Below are positions 45,821-54,965 of a stretch of 64,000 nt of DNA, piece after piece. The translations under genes were made by a program, and so were the position numbers. The stretch's first letter is position 1. Each line of letters starts with the position of its first letter. Source of the DNA: an uncultured Ideonella sp. (GTDB lineage: Bacteria > Pseudomonadota > Gammaproteobacteria > Burkholderiales > Burkholderiaceae_C); contig CBJNAE010000001.1 of the NCBI GenBank assembly GCA_966433995.1, forward strand, positions 7,190 to 71,189. The letters run 5' to 3'. The notes beneath the pieces were generated by a model. The model worked only from the letters and a program-made list of their open reading frames with translations. It searched no databases and was not told where the DNA came from.

Positions 45821-47713
45821 TCAGCCGCCGAGCTGCTCGGCGCGCTCCAGGGCCTGCAGCAGTTCGTCGTCGATCTGGGCCACGCGCGCCTGGGCCTGGG
45901 CGGCGCGCTTGGGGTCGGTGCCGTAGATCGAGCCGTCGGCCAACAGCGCGTTGAGCCCGGCCTGCTCGGCCTCCAGCGCCTGCATCAGGGCGGGCAGGGC
46001 GTCGAGTTCGCGCTGCTCCTTGTAGCTGAGCTTGCGCGGCTTGGGCTTGGCGGGCGAAGGCGCCTGCGCGGCCGGGGCGGCGGCGGCCTTGGCCGCGCCG
46101 CCCTCCTTGGGCTGCGCCTTGGCGCGCAAGCTTTCGGCCCGGGCCTTCTGCAGCTTCCAGTCTTCGTAGCCGCCTTCGTATTCGCGCCACGGGCCGGGCG
46201 CCTCGTCGCCCTCCCAGGCGATGGTGCTGGTGACGACGTTGTCGAGGAAGCGGCGGTCGTGGCTGACGAGGAACACCGTGCCCGGGTAGTTCTGCAGCAG
46301 CTCCTCGAGCAGCTCCAGGGTGTCGATGTCCAGGTCGTTCGTCGGCTCGTCCAGCACCAGCACGTTGGCCGGCAGCGCGAACAGCCGCGCCAGCAGCACG
46401 CGGTTGCGCTCGCCGCCGCTCAGGGTGCGCACCGGGGAATTGGCGCGCTCCGGCGAGAAGAGGAAGTCGGTGAGGTAGCTCATCACGTGCTTGCGCGCGC
46501 CGCCGACCTCGATCCATTCGCTGCCCGGGCTGATGGTGTCGGCCAGTGTGGCGTCGAGGTCGAGCGTGGCGCGCATCTGGTCGAAGTAGGCGACGTCGAT
46601 CTTGCTGCCCAGGCGCACCTGGCCCGACGTGGGCTGCAGTTCACCGAGGATGAGCTTGAGCAGGGTGGTCTTGCCGGCCCCATTGGGGCCGATCAGGCCG
46701 ACCTTGTCGCCGCGCAGGATGGTGGCGCTGAAGCCCTTGACGATGACCTTGTCGCCGAACCGTTGCTCCACGTCGCGCAGTTCGGCCACGATCTTCCCGC
46801 TGGGCGCGCCGGCGTCGACCTCCAGCTTGACCTGGCCGAGCGAGTCGCGCCGCTTGCGGCGCTGCTCGCGCAGCGCCTCCAGCCGCTGGATGCGGGCCAC
46901 GCTGCGGGTGCGGCGGGCCTCCACGCCCTTGCGGATCCACACCTCCTCCTGCGCCAGCAGCTTGTCGGCCCGGGCGTTGGCCAGCGCCTCGGCGGCGAGC
47001 TGCTCTTCCTTGCCGCGCTCGTAGGCGCTGAAGTTGCCGGGGTAGCTGCGGACCACGCCGCGGTCGAGCTCGATGATGCGGGTGGCGACCCCGTCGAGGA
47101 AGGCGCGGTCGTGGGTGATGAGCATCACGCTGCCCTTGAAGCCGCGCAGCAGCTCTTCGAGCCAGGCGATGGAATCGAGGTCGAGGTGGTTGGTCGGCTC
47201 GTCCAGCAGCAGCACGTCCGGTACGGCCACCAGCGCGCGCGCCAGGGCCACGCGCTTCTTCATGCCGCCGGACAGGCTGTCGACCCCGCGCGCGCCGTCC
47301 AGGTGCAGCCGGGCCAGCGTGGTGTCCACGCGCTGCTCCCAGTTCCAGGCGTCCAGCGCCTCGATGCGGGTCTGCAGGGCGTCCAGGTCGACGCCCTCGG
47401 CGTGCTCTTCATAGGCCTGGCGAACGGCGCGGGCCTCGGCCACGCCTTCGCTCACCGCCTCGAACACCGTGTGGCCGGGCTCGAAGGCCGGCTCCTGGGG
47501 CACGTAGCAGATGCGCAGGCCCTGGGTCATCTGCAGCAGGCCGTCATCCAGCTTCTCCAGGCCGGCGATGACCTTCAACATCGACGACTTGCCGGCGCCG
47601 TTGCGCCCGATCAGGCCGAGGCGTTCGCCGGCTTCCAGCGAGAAGGCCGCGTCGTCAAGCAGGGCCACGTGGCCGTAGGCCAGGTGGGCGTTGGAAAGGG
47701 AAAGGACGGCCAT
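45821..47713 (-). CDS. uup: ABC-F family ATPase (Uup-like, two ABC domains plus a C-terminal coiled-coil)
   Basis: Walker A GRNGAGKSS and GPNGAGKTT, signatures LSGGMKKR and LSGGERNR, and a Lys/Ala-rich linker with a C-terminal coiled-coil region. Confidence 0.9.
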   Translation of the reverse strand: MAVLSLSNAHLAYGHVALLDDAAFSLEAGERLGLIGRNGAGKSSMLKVIAGLEKLDDGLLQMTQGLRICYVPQEPAFEPGHTVFEAVSEGVAEARAVRQAYEEHAEGVDLDALQTRIEALDAWNWEQRVDTTLARLHLDGARGVDSLSGGMKKRVALARALVAVPDVLLLDEPTNHLDLDSIAWLEELLRGFKGSVMLITHDRAFLDGVATRIIELDRGVVRSYPGNFSAYERGKEEQLAAEALANARADKLLAQEEVWIRKGVEARRTRSVARIQRLEALREQRRKRRDSLGQVKLEVDAGAPSGKIVAELRDVEQRFGDKVIVKGFSATILRGDKVGLIGPNGAGKTTLLKLILGELQPTSGQVRLGSKIDVAYFDQMRATLDLDATLADTISPGSEWIEVGGARKHVMSYLTDFLFSPERANSPVRTLSGGERNRVLLARLFALPANVLVLDEPTNDLDIDTLELLEELLQNYPGTVFLVSHDRRFLDNVVTSTIAWEGDEAPGPWREYEGGYEDWKLQKARAESLRAKAQPKEGGAAKAAAAPAAQAPSPAKPKPRKLSYKEQRELDALPALMQALEAEQAGLNALLADGSIYGTDPKRAAQAQARVAQIDDELLQALERAEQLGG

Positions 47714-47910
47714 GGGATCGCGGCGAAGTGGGGAAGGCGCGGGGCGCGCGTTCGAAAGAAAGAAAAGGATTATCGCGGTGGCGTGCAGGCGCCGGCTCGG
47801 CGGCTGGGTACGCACAAGCCCGCCGGCCCGCACACAGTCTGATGAAAGAAAACGGCCGCACCGCAATCTGGTGCAAGACGCCGCCGCCGCGCCGGCCCAG
47901 ACTGCGGCCC

Positions 47911-48927
47911 ATGCATTCCCATCCGATCCCCGCGGTCCCGGCGCCCAGCGCCCTGTGGACCGGCACGCTCTTCGCCCTGCTGGCCGGCGCGGTCTGGGGC
48001 CTGGTCTTCGTCATCCCCTTGTTGCTGCCCCAGTACCCGGCCGCCTTGCTGTCGGTGGGCCGCTACCTGGCCTTCGGCGTCGTCGCCCTCCCGCTGGCCT
48101 GGCTCGACCGCAAGAACCTCTCGCTGTTGACGCGGGCCGACTGGGTCGAGGCGCTCAAGCTCTCCGCCGTCGGCAACCTGCTGTACTACCTCTGCCTGGC
48201 GGCGGCCATCCAGCGCGCCGGCGGCCCGCTGCCGACGATGATCATCGGCACCCTGCCGGTGGTGATCGCGCTGTGCGCCAACGCCCGCGGCCACCGCCGC
48301 GACGGCCGCCTGCCGTGGTCGCGCCTGGGACCGTCGTTGCTGCTCATCGCGCTGGGCATCGCGCTGGTCAACCACGTCGAGATGCGCCACCTCGCGCGGC
48401 AAGGCGACGCCGACTGGGCGCGCTACGGCCTGGGCGCGCTGCTGGCCGTCGGCGCCGTGGCCTGCTGGACCTGGTACCCGCTGCGCAATGCCGACTGGCT
48501 GCGCCACCACGCCGACCGCAGCCCGCGTTCCTGGGCCACCGCGCAGGGCGTGGTCACCCTGCCGCTGGCCCTGCTGGGCTGGGCCGGGTTCTGGCTGTGG
48601 AACGGTTTCGCCGCCGACACGCCCTTCCCGCTGCCGGGCGGCCCCACGCCGGAGCGCTTCCTTGGCCTGATGCTGGCCGCCGGCTTGCTCGCATCGTGGA
48701 TCGGCACCCTGTGCTGGAACGAAGCCAGCCAGCGCCTGCCCACCCACTTGGCGGGGCAGCTCATCGTGTTCGAAACCCTGGCGGCGCTGACCTATGCCCT
48801 GGTGCTGCGCGGCCAGGCGCCGAGCCCGTTCACGCTGGCCGGCATGGTGCTGCTGGTGGCCGGCGTGCTGTGGGCGCTGCGCAGCGCGCCCGGCGGGCGA
48901 TCCGAAATGGCCGGGGTGGCGCCATGA
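47911..48927 (+). CDS. DMT-superfamily (EamA-type) transporter
   Basis: 10 hydrophobic segments. The start is taken at ATG 47911, and the stop overlaps the next gene's start. Confidence 0.75.
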   Translation: MHSHPIPAVPAPSALWTGTLFALLAGAVWGLVFVIPLLLPQYPAALLSVGRYLAFGVVALPLAWLDRKNLSLLTRADWVEALKLSAVGNLLYYLCLAAAIQRAGGPLPTMIIGTLPVVIALCANARGHRRDGRLPWSRLGPSLLLIALGIALVNHVEMRHLARQGDADWARYGLGALLAVGAVACWTWYPLRNADWLRHHADRSPRSWATAQGVVTLPLALLGWAGFWLWNGFAADTPFPLPGGPTPERFLGLMLAAGLLASWIGTLCWNEASQRLPTHLAGQLIVFETLAALTYALVLRGQAPSPFTLAGMVLLVAGVLWALRSAPGGRSEMAGVAP

Positions 48928-49244
48928 CCGCCGTGCCGGCCGACCCGCCGCTGCCGCAGGTCGACTTGCTGGCCCAGGCGCTGGCATTGCCAGCCGCTTG
49001 GGCATCAGAGCTGTCGGGCCGGGTGGATGGAGCGAGCATCCGCACGCTGCGCATGGACGCGCGGCCCTATCCCGACGAAACCCACGCCCACGCCGAAGCG
49101 CTGCTGGTGCTGCAAGGCGAGCTGCGCCTGCGCGTGGCCGGCCGGCCGCAGGTGGTGCCGGCCGGGCAGATGGTGGTGGTTCCCCCGGGTACCGCGCACG
49201 CGGTCGATCCCGGCAGCCACGGCACCTTGTTGATCATCCGCTGA
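48924..49244 (+). CDS. small cupin-domain protein
   Basis: DETHAHAEALLVLQGELRLRVAG...GQMVVVPPGTAHAV has the two-motif cupin pattern. It shares an ATGA overlap with the upstream transporter. Confidence 0.7.
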   Translation: MTAVPADPPLPQVDLLAQALALPAAWASELSGRVDGASIRTLRMDARPYPDETHAHAEALLVLQGELRLRVAGRPQVVPAGQMVVVPPGTAHAVDPGSHGTLLIIR

Positions 49245-49276
49245 GCCCGCGCAGGCGGAACGAAGGAAGGACAACC

Positions 49277-49639
49277 ATGGCTTTGGTCCGCATCGACAGC
49301 AGCCGCCCCCGCCCGCCTGAAGAACTCCGGCGCTGGGCGGTCACGGTGAGCGCCACCATGCAAGCCCTGCTCGGCGTGCCGCCGCGGGAGAACCACATCA
49401 TCTGCGCCGCCCATGACGCGGCCATGGTGATGGCGGACCCTGACGCGTCGCCCGATCAACTGGCGCAGACGGTCTTCATCCAGATCACCCTGAACCAGGG
49501 CCGCACCGCCGAGCTGAAGACGCGCTTCATGGCGCAGCTCGCGCAGGACCTGGCCCAGGCTTGCGGGGCCGATCCCGGCCGGGTCCACGTCAACCTGGTC
49601 GAGGTGCCGCCCGAGAACTGGCGCTTCTCAGGTCCCTGA
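49277..49639 (+). CDS. tautomerase-family enzyme (4-oxalocrotonate tautomerase superfamily, long form)
   Basis: 120 aa with VFIQITLNQGRTAELKTRFMAQLAQDLAQACGADPGRVHVNLVEVPPENWRF, a tautomerase-like beta-alpha-beta unit. GGAAGG lies upstream of the ATG. Confidence 0.6.
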   Translation: MALVRIDSSRPRPPEELRRWAVTVSATMQALLGVPPRENHIICAAHDAAMVMADPDASPDQLAQTVFIQITLNQGRTAELKTRFMAQLAQDLAQACGADPGRVHVNLVEVPPENWRFSGP

Positions 49640-50869
49640 CGACAACGCCTCGTCCACCACTTCCACCCAGTGCTTCACCGGCACGGCGGTGCCGGTCTGC
49701 AGGTGCTGGATGCAACCGATGTTGGCCGAGACGATGGCCTCGGGCTGCAGCAGCGACAGCCGCGCCAGCTTGCGGTCGCGCAGCGCATGGGCCAGCCTGG
49801 GTTGCAGCACCGAGTAGGTGCCGGCCGAGCCGCAGCACAGGTGGCTTTCGACCGGCGACACGGACACCTCGAAGCCCAGTTCGCCCAGGTGCTTCTCGAC
49901 GCCGCCGCGCAGTTGCTGGCCGTGCTGCAGCGTGCAGGGCGGGTGGAAGGCCAGTCGGCGTTCCTTGATGCCGCCCAGCCTGGGCTTGAGCCGCGGTACG
50001 AGGTCGGGCAGCAGCTCGCTCAGGTCGCGCGTCAGCGCGCTCACGCGTTCGGCCTTCGCGGCGTAGGCCGGGTCGCGGGCGAGGGCGTGGCCGTATTCCT
50101 TCACCATCAGGCCGCAGCCCGACGCGTTCATCACGAGGGCTTCCACCTCGCCGCTTTCCACCTGGGGCCACCAGGCGTCGATGTTGCGGCGCGCATCCGC
50201 GAGGCCGCCTTCGGTGTCGCCGAGGTGGCCGCGGATCGCGCCGCAGCAGCCGGCCTTGGCCGACACCACGGCCTGGATGCCGGCGGCGTCGAGCACGCGC
50301 GCGGTGGCGCTGTTGATGTTGGGCATCATCGCCGGCTGCACGCAGCCCGCCAGCATCAGCACCTTGCGCGGGTGGGCGCCGGTCGGCCAGTCGTGGGCCC
50401 GCTGGCCCGACGGCGCGGGCACCTTGTCCTTCAGCGCGCCCGGCAGCAGCGGGCGCGCCGCCTGGCCCAGTTTCATCGCCGGCGCGAACAGCGGCGAAGT
50501 CAGGCCCTCTTTCAAGAGCCAGCGCACCGCCTTTTCGCCCGCGGGGCGCGGCACGCGCTCGTCGACCACCCGCCGCCCGATCTCGACCAGGGCGCCGTAT
50601 TGCACGCCCGAAGGGCAGGTGCTTTCGCAATTGCGGCAGGTGAGGCAGCGGTCCAGGTGTTGCTGCGTCTTGCGCGTCACCTCGCCGCCCTCCAGCACCT
50701 GCTTCATCAGGTAGATGCGGCCGCGCGGGCCGTCCAACTCGTCGCCCAGCAGCTGGTAGGTGGGGCAAGTGGCGGTACAGAAGCCGCAGTGCACGCACTT
50801 GCGCAGGATGGCTTCGGCCGCTTCGCCGTCGCGCGTGCCCTTGAACTCGGGGGAGAGGTTGGTCTGCAT
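49628..50869 (-). CDS. glcF: glycolate oxidase iron-sulfur subunit
   Basis: Two 4Fe-4S motifs, CVHCGFCTATCP and CLTCRNCESTCP, plus C-terminal CCG-type Cys-rich repeats. Confidence 0.93.
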   Translation of the reverse strand: MQTNLSPEFKGTRDGEAAEAILRKCVHCGFCTATCPTYQLLGDELDGPRGRIYLMKQVLEGGEVTRKTQQHLDRCLTCRNCESTCPSGVQYGALVEIGRRVVDERVPRPAGEKAVRWLLKEGLTSPLFAPAMKLGQAARPLLPGALKDKVPAPSGQRAHDWPTGAHPRKVLMLAGCVQPAMMPNINSATARVLDAAGIQAVVSAKAGCCGAIRGHLGDTEGGLADARRNIDAWWPQVESGEVEALVMNASGCGLMVKEYGHALARDPAYAAKAERVSALTRDLSELLPDLVPRLKPRLGGIKERRLAFHPPCTLQHGQQLRGGVEKHLGELGFEVSVSPVESHLCCGSAGTYSVLQPRLAHALRDRKLARLSLLQPEAIVSANIGCIQHLQTGTAVPVKHWVEVVDEALSSGT

Positions 50870-50920
50870 GGCGGTTGGCTCGTGGCTTTCTCTGTTTCTC
50901 TCTCTCTGCTTTTTTCTGTC

Positions 50921-52057
50921 TCACAAGCCCGGGTAAAGGCGGCCCGGGTTGAACACGCCGGCCGGGTCGAAGGATTTCTTGAGTTCGCCGTGGATGCGCG
51001 CCAGCGGCGGCGCCAGCGGCGCGAAGGCGCCGGCGGACTTGTCGAGCGCGCGGAACAGCACCGCGTGGCCGCCGGCCTTGGCCGCCGCCTCGCGGATGTG
51101 GGCGGGCGAGGCGCTGGTGAAGTTCTTTTCGATCAGCAACCAGCGCTGCGCGCCGCCCCATTCGACCAGGGTGGCGCCCGGCAGCACCAGGGCCGGCGCG
51201 GTGGCGGGCAGGGACAGCCGCCACAGGCTGGCGCCGCTTTCCACCGCCGAAGCGGCGCGGGCGAAGTAGTCGTGGCGGTGGTCGCGCAGGCCGAGCCACA
51301 AAGCGGTGGCCTGGGACTTGTCGACGAGCTCGCCGCCCAGGCGCGCGGCGAGGTCCGCGGCTGCCGAGCGAACCGCCGCCGCCGCGCCGCGCAGGCGCAG
51401 CCATAACTGGCCGCGGTACCAGCAGCTGGCGTTCAGGGGCAGCGGCTCGCGGCCCCAGGCGTTGAGCTGGGCCAGCGCCGCGGCCTGGTCGAGTTCGAAG
51501 CGCAGCGTCGCCTCGGACGGCGCGGTGGGCAGCACCTTGAGCGAGACCTCCAGCACCGCGCCCAGCGTGCCGAGCGCGCCGGCCATCAGCCGGGAAACGT
51601 CGTAGCCGGCGACGTTCTTCATCACCTGGCCGCCAAAGCCCAGCACCTGGCCGCGGCCGTTGAGCAGGGTCAGCCCGAGCACGTGGTCCCGCACGCTGCC
51701 GGCGGCCGCGCGCGACGGCCCCGCCAGGCCCGCGGCCACCATGCCGCCGACGGTGCCTTCGGCGCCGCGGGCGCCGAAACGCGGAGGCTCGAAAGGCAGG
51801 CACTGGCCTTTTTCCGCCAGCGCCGCCTCCAGCTCGGCCAGCGGCGTGCCGGCGCGGGCGGTGACGACGAGTTCCGTCGGCTCGTAGCTTGAGATGCCGC
51901 GCAGCGCGGTGGTGTCCAGCAGCTCGCCCTGCGGCGGCTCGCCGTAGAAGTCCTTGCTGCCGTGGCCGCGGATGCGCAGCCAGGCGCCGCGGGACTGGGC
52001 GTCCCGCACTTGCTCGATGAGGTGTTGCAGCGGGGTGTCCATGTTCAAGTGGCCCAT
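50921..52057 (-). CDS. glcE: glycolate oxidase FAD-binding subunit
   Basis: FAD_binding_4-like GHGSKDFYG...VVTARAGTPLAELEAAL...VGGMVAAGLAGP. It lies between glcD and glcF. An alternative ATG lies at 52042. Confidence 0.88.
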   Translation of the reverse strand: MGHLNMDTPLQHLIEQVRDAQSRGAWLRIRGHGSKDFYGEPPQGELLDTTALRGISSYEPTELVVTARAGTPLAELEAALAEKGQCLPFEPPRFGARGAEGTVGGMVAAGLAGPSRAAAGSVRDHVLGLTLLNGRGQVLGFGGQVMKNVAGYDVSRLMAGALGTLGAVLEVSLKVLPTAPSEATLRFELDQAAALAQLNAWGREPLPLNASCWYRGQLWLRLRGAAAAVRSAAADLAARLGGELVDKSQATALWLGLRDHRHDYFARAASAVESGASLWRLSLPATAPALVLPGATLVEWGGAQRWLLIEKNFTSASPAHIREAAAKAGGHAVLFRALDKSAGAFAPLAPPLARIHGELKKSFDPAGVFNPGRLYPGL

Positions 52058-52150
52058 GGGGCATGCGGGCCCTCACTTGCAGTGCGCACCCGGGCTTGCA
52101 AGCCCGGGTCGTTCTGCAGGCTCGCGGCATGCCGCTCGAAGGCCCTGCTC

Positions 52151-52232
52151 CACCCCCAACCCTCTCCCGGAGGGAGAGGGAGTTTTCTTTGCCCCCTCTC
52201 CCTCTGGGAGAGGGTTGGGGTGAGGGTGGCGG
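52151..52232. repeat. REP-like palindromic element of the same family as 3801-3935, inserted between glcD and glcE
   Basis: CACCCCCAACCCTCTCCCGGAGGGAGAGGGAG...CTCTCCCTCTGGGAGAGGGTTGGGGTGAGGGTGG forms nested inverted repeats. Confidence 0.65.
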
Positions 52233-52257
52233 AGGTCAAAGAAAAGGGGATTTCCAT

Positions 52258-53754
52258 TCAAAACCTCGGCAATTCCGGAAACGGCAACAAGCCCTTTCGC
52301 ACATGCATCTTTCCGTACTCAGCGCAGCGCACGAGGCTGGGGATGACCTTGCCGGGGTTGAGCAGCCCGGCGGGGTCGAAGGCGTGCTTGAGGCCCTCCA
52401 TCTGAAGGCGTTCTTCCGGCGAGAACTGCACGCACATCGACGACAGCTTCTCGACGCCCACGCCGTGCTCGCCGGTGACGGTGCCGCCCATGGCGACGCT
52501 GGTCTCCAGGATGTCGGCGCCGAAGAGCTCGCAGCGGTGGAGCTGGTCGGGGTCGTTGGCGTCGAACAGGATCAGCGGGTGCAGGTTGCCGTCGCCGGCG
52601 TGGAAGACGTTGGCGCAGCGCAGGCCGTACTTGGCCTCCATCGCCTGGATGGCCAGCAGGATGTCGGCCAGGCGCTTGCGCGGGATGGTGGAGTCCATGC
52701 ACATGTAGTCGGGGCTGATGCGGCCGCTGGCGGGGAAGGCGTTCTTGCGGCCGCTCCAGAAGCGCAGGCGCTGGGCCTCGTCAGAGCTCACCGTGATCGC
52801 GGTGGCGCCGCTGCGGCGCAGCACCTCGGCCATGCGGCCGATCTCCTCTTCCACTTCGTCCGGGGTGCCGTCGCTCTCGCACAGCAGGATGGCCTCGGCG
52901 GTGAGGTCGTAGCCGGCGCGCACGAAGTCCTCGACCGCGGCGGTCATCGGTTTGTCCATCATCTCCAGCCCGGCGGGGATGATGCCGGCGGCGATCACCT
53001 GGGCGACCGCGTCGCCGGCTTTGCGGATGTCGTCGAAGCTGGCCATGATGCAGCGTGCCAGCAGCGGCTTGGGCACGAGCTTGACCGTCGCCTCGACGAT
53101 GACGGCCAGCATGCCCTCGCTGCCGACGACCACCGAGAGCAGGTCCAGGCCGGCGGCGTCGAGGGCCTCCGAGCCGAACTCCACCGGCTCGCCCTCCATC
53201 GTGAAGCCGCGCGCGCGCATCACGTTGTGCAGCGTCAGGCCGTACTTCAGGCAGTGCACGCCGCCGGAGTTCTCGGCGATGTTGCCGCCGATGGTGCAGG
53301 CGATCTGGCTGCTCGGATCGGGCGCGTAGTACAGGCCGTGCGGCGCCGCCGCCTCGCTGATCGTCAGGTTGCGCACGCCGCACTGCACCACCGCCGTGCG
53401 CGCGGCCGGGTCCAGCCTCAGGATGCGGTTGAACTTGGCCAGGCTCAGCACCACGCCCATCGCGTGCGGCATCGCGCCGCCGCTCAGCCCGGTGCCGGCG
53501 CCGCGTGCCACCACCGGCAGCCGCAGCCGGTGGCAGGCGCGCAGCACCGCGGCGACCTGGGCCTCGGTCTCGGGCAGAGCCACCGCCAGCGGCAGGGCGC
53601 GGTAGGCGGTCAGCCCGTCGCATTCGTAGGGCACGGTGTCTTCGCGCTGCCAGAGCAGGGCGTGCGGTGGCAGCAGCGGCGACAGCGCCTGCACGGCCTC
53701 GGCTTGGCGCAGCGCGCGGTCCCCGGTGTCGCCTGGTGCGGTGGTGGCGTGCAT
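52258..53754 (-). CDS. glcD: glycolate oxidase subunit GlcD (FAD-linked oxidase)
   Basis: VVARGAGTGLSGGAMP, GGNIAENSGG, ISPDYMCMDSTIPR and HAGDGNLHP are the typical GlcD / D-lactate dehydrogenase pattern. Confidence 0.93.
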   Translation of the reverse strand: MHATTAPGDTGDRALRQAEAVQALSPLLPPHALLWQREDTVPYECDGLTAYRALPLAVALPETEAQVAAVLRACHRLRLPVVARGAGTGLSGGAMPHAMGVVLSLAKFNRILRLDPAARTAVVQCGVRNLTISEAAAPHGLYYAPDPSSQIACTIGGNIAENSGGVHCLKYGLTLHNVMRARGFTMEGEPVEFGSEALDAAGLDLLSVVVGSEGMLAVIVEATVKLVPKPLLARCIMASFDDIRKAGDAVAQVIAAGIIPAGLEMMDKPMTAAVEDFVRAGYDLTAEAILLCESDGTPDEVEEEIGRMAEVLRRSGATAITVSSDEAQRLRFWSGRKNAFPASGRISPDYMCMDSTIPRKRLADILLAIQAMEAKYGLRCANVFHAGDGNLHPLILFDANDPDQLHRCELFGADILETSVAMGGTVTGEHGVGVEKLSSMCVQFSPEERLQMEGLKHAFDPAGLLNPGKVIPSLVRCAEYGKMHVRKGLLPFPELPRF

Positions 53755-53791
53755 GGTCGGAGTTCCCTTCCTTTTCTTTCCTTTGCCGGCC

Positions 53792-54691
53792 TCAGGGCAC
53801 CGCGGCCTTGAGCCAGTCGACGAAGGCGGCGCATTCCCAGCGGTCGAGCACGCCGGGCTTCCAGCACAGGTGGTGCTGGTGGGGCGAGGCCACCGAGCGG
53901 TCGGACAGCCGAATCAGCCGCCCGCTGTCGAGCCAGGGCACCGCAAGCTTGCCCCGCGCCAGCGCGACGCCGTAGCCCGCGGCGGCGGCGTCGAGCGCCA
54001 GGCCGATGTCGTTGAACTGCGCGCCTTCCGAGGGCTCCGGCAGCGCCAGCCCGCACAAGTCGAACCAGGTGCGCCAGGGCTCCAGCGGTGTGCGGACCAA
54101 GGCGGCCCGGGAGACCGCCGGCGCGTTGTCGAAACCATCGAACGGCCCCGCCTCGTGGAAGTAGTCGGGGCTGCAGACCGGGAACACCTCGTCCTGCATC
54201 AGGACGATCTTCTGCAGGCCCGGCCGCCCTTCGCCGGTGCCGAACCACACTTCGACGTCGGCCGGCTCGGCCGACACGTTGAGCAGCGGGATGGAGACCA
54301 TCAGCGTCAGTTCGACCTCCGGGAAGGCGTGCCTGAACAGCGGCAGCCGCGGCAGCAGCACCTGGCGCGAGAACGTGGGCGGCGCCGAGACCCGCAGGCG
54401 CACCGGGCCGTCGTCCCGCCGCGCCGATCCGCCGGTGGCGGGCTCCAGCGCCTTCAATGCGGGCCGCACCCGCGCCAGGTAGGCGCTTCCCTCGTCGGTC
54501 AGGCTGAAACCGCCGCGCGCGAACAGGCTGCAGCCGACGCGCGCCTCCAGTTGGCGGATGCGGTGGCTCACCGCGCTCGGGGTCACGCTGAGCTCTTCGG
54601 CCGCGGCGGTCACGCTGCGCAGCCGCGCCACCGCCTCGAAGCTGAGCAGGCACTGGATCGGCGGAATGCGGGGCGGTGACGAGGTGGCCAT
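53792..54691 (-). CDS. LysR-family transcriptional regulator (GcvA-like)
   Basis: IQCLLSFEAVARLRSVTAAAEELSVTPSAVSHRIRQLE (HTH) plus a LysR substrate-binding domain. Confidence 0.88.
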   Translation of the reverse strand: MATSSPPRIPPIQCLLSFEAVARLRSVTAAAEELSVTPSAVSHRIRQLEARVGCSLFARGGFSLTDEGSAYLARVRPALKALEPATGGSARRDDGPVRLRVSAPPTFSRQVLLPRLPLFRHAFPEVELTLMVSIPLLNVSAEPADVEVWFGTGEGRPGLQKIVLMQDEVFPVCSPDYFHEAGPFDGFDNAPAVSRAALVRTPLEPWRTWFDLCGLALPEPSEGAQFNDIGLALDAAAAGYGVALARGKLAVPWLDSGRLIRLSDRSVASPHQHHLCWKPGVLDRWECAAFVDWLKAAVP

Positions 54692-54965
54692 GGATGCGGG
54701 TGGGCGGGACCGGTGTAAGGCGCCTTCCAGTTTTTACGGTGACCTGGGGGACACCCCGCTGGAGGGGGTGCGGCGCAGACGAGGGTATCGGAAGTCACCC
54801 CTTCCAACCAGGCGGTTTCTCCTGCAACGACCCGGGGCGGCGCGTCGGCGAGTCCCTTCCGGGGATTCTCAGCCGGTGGCTCGGCCCGTGGTGTGAAATT
54901 CCTTCGCCGGCCGGCTTGACGAATCTTCATCAGGCCGGCCCGGTTCCGGGCCGCCGGGATTTCCG

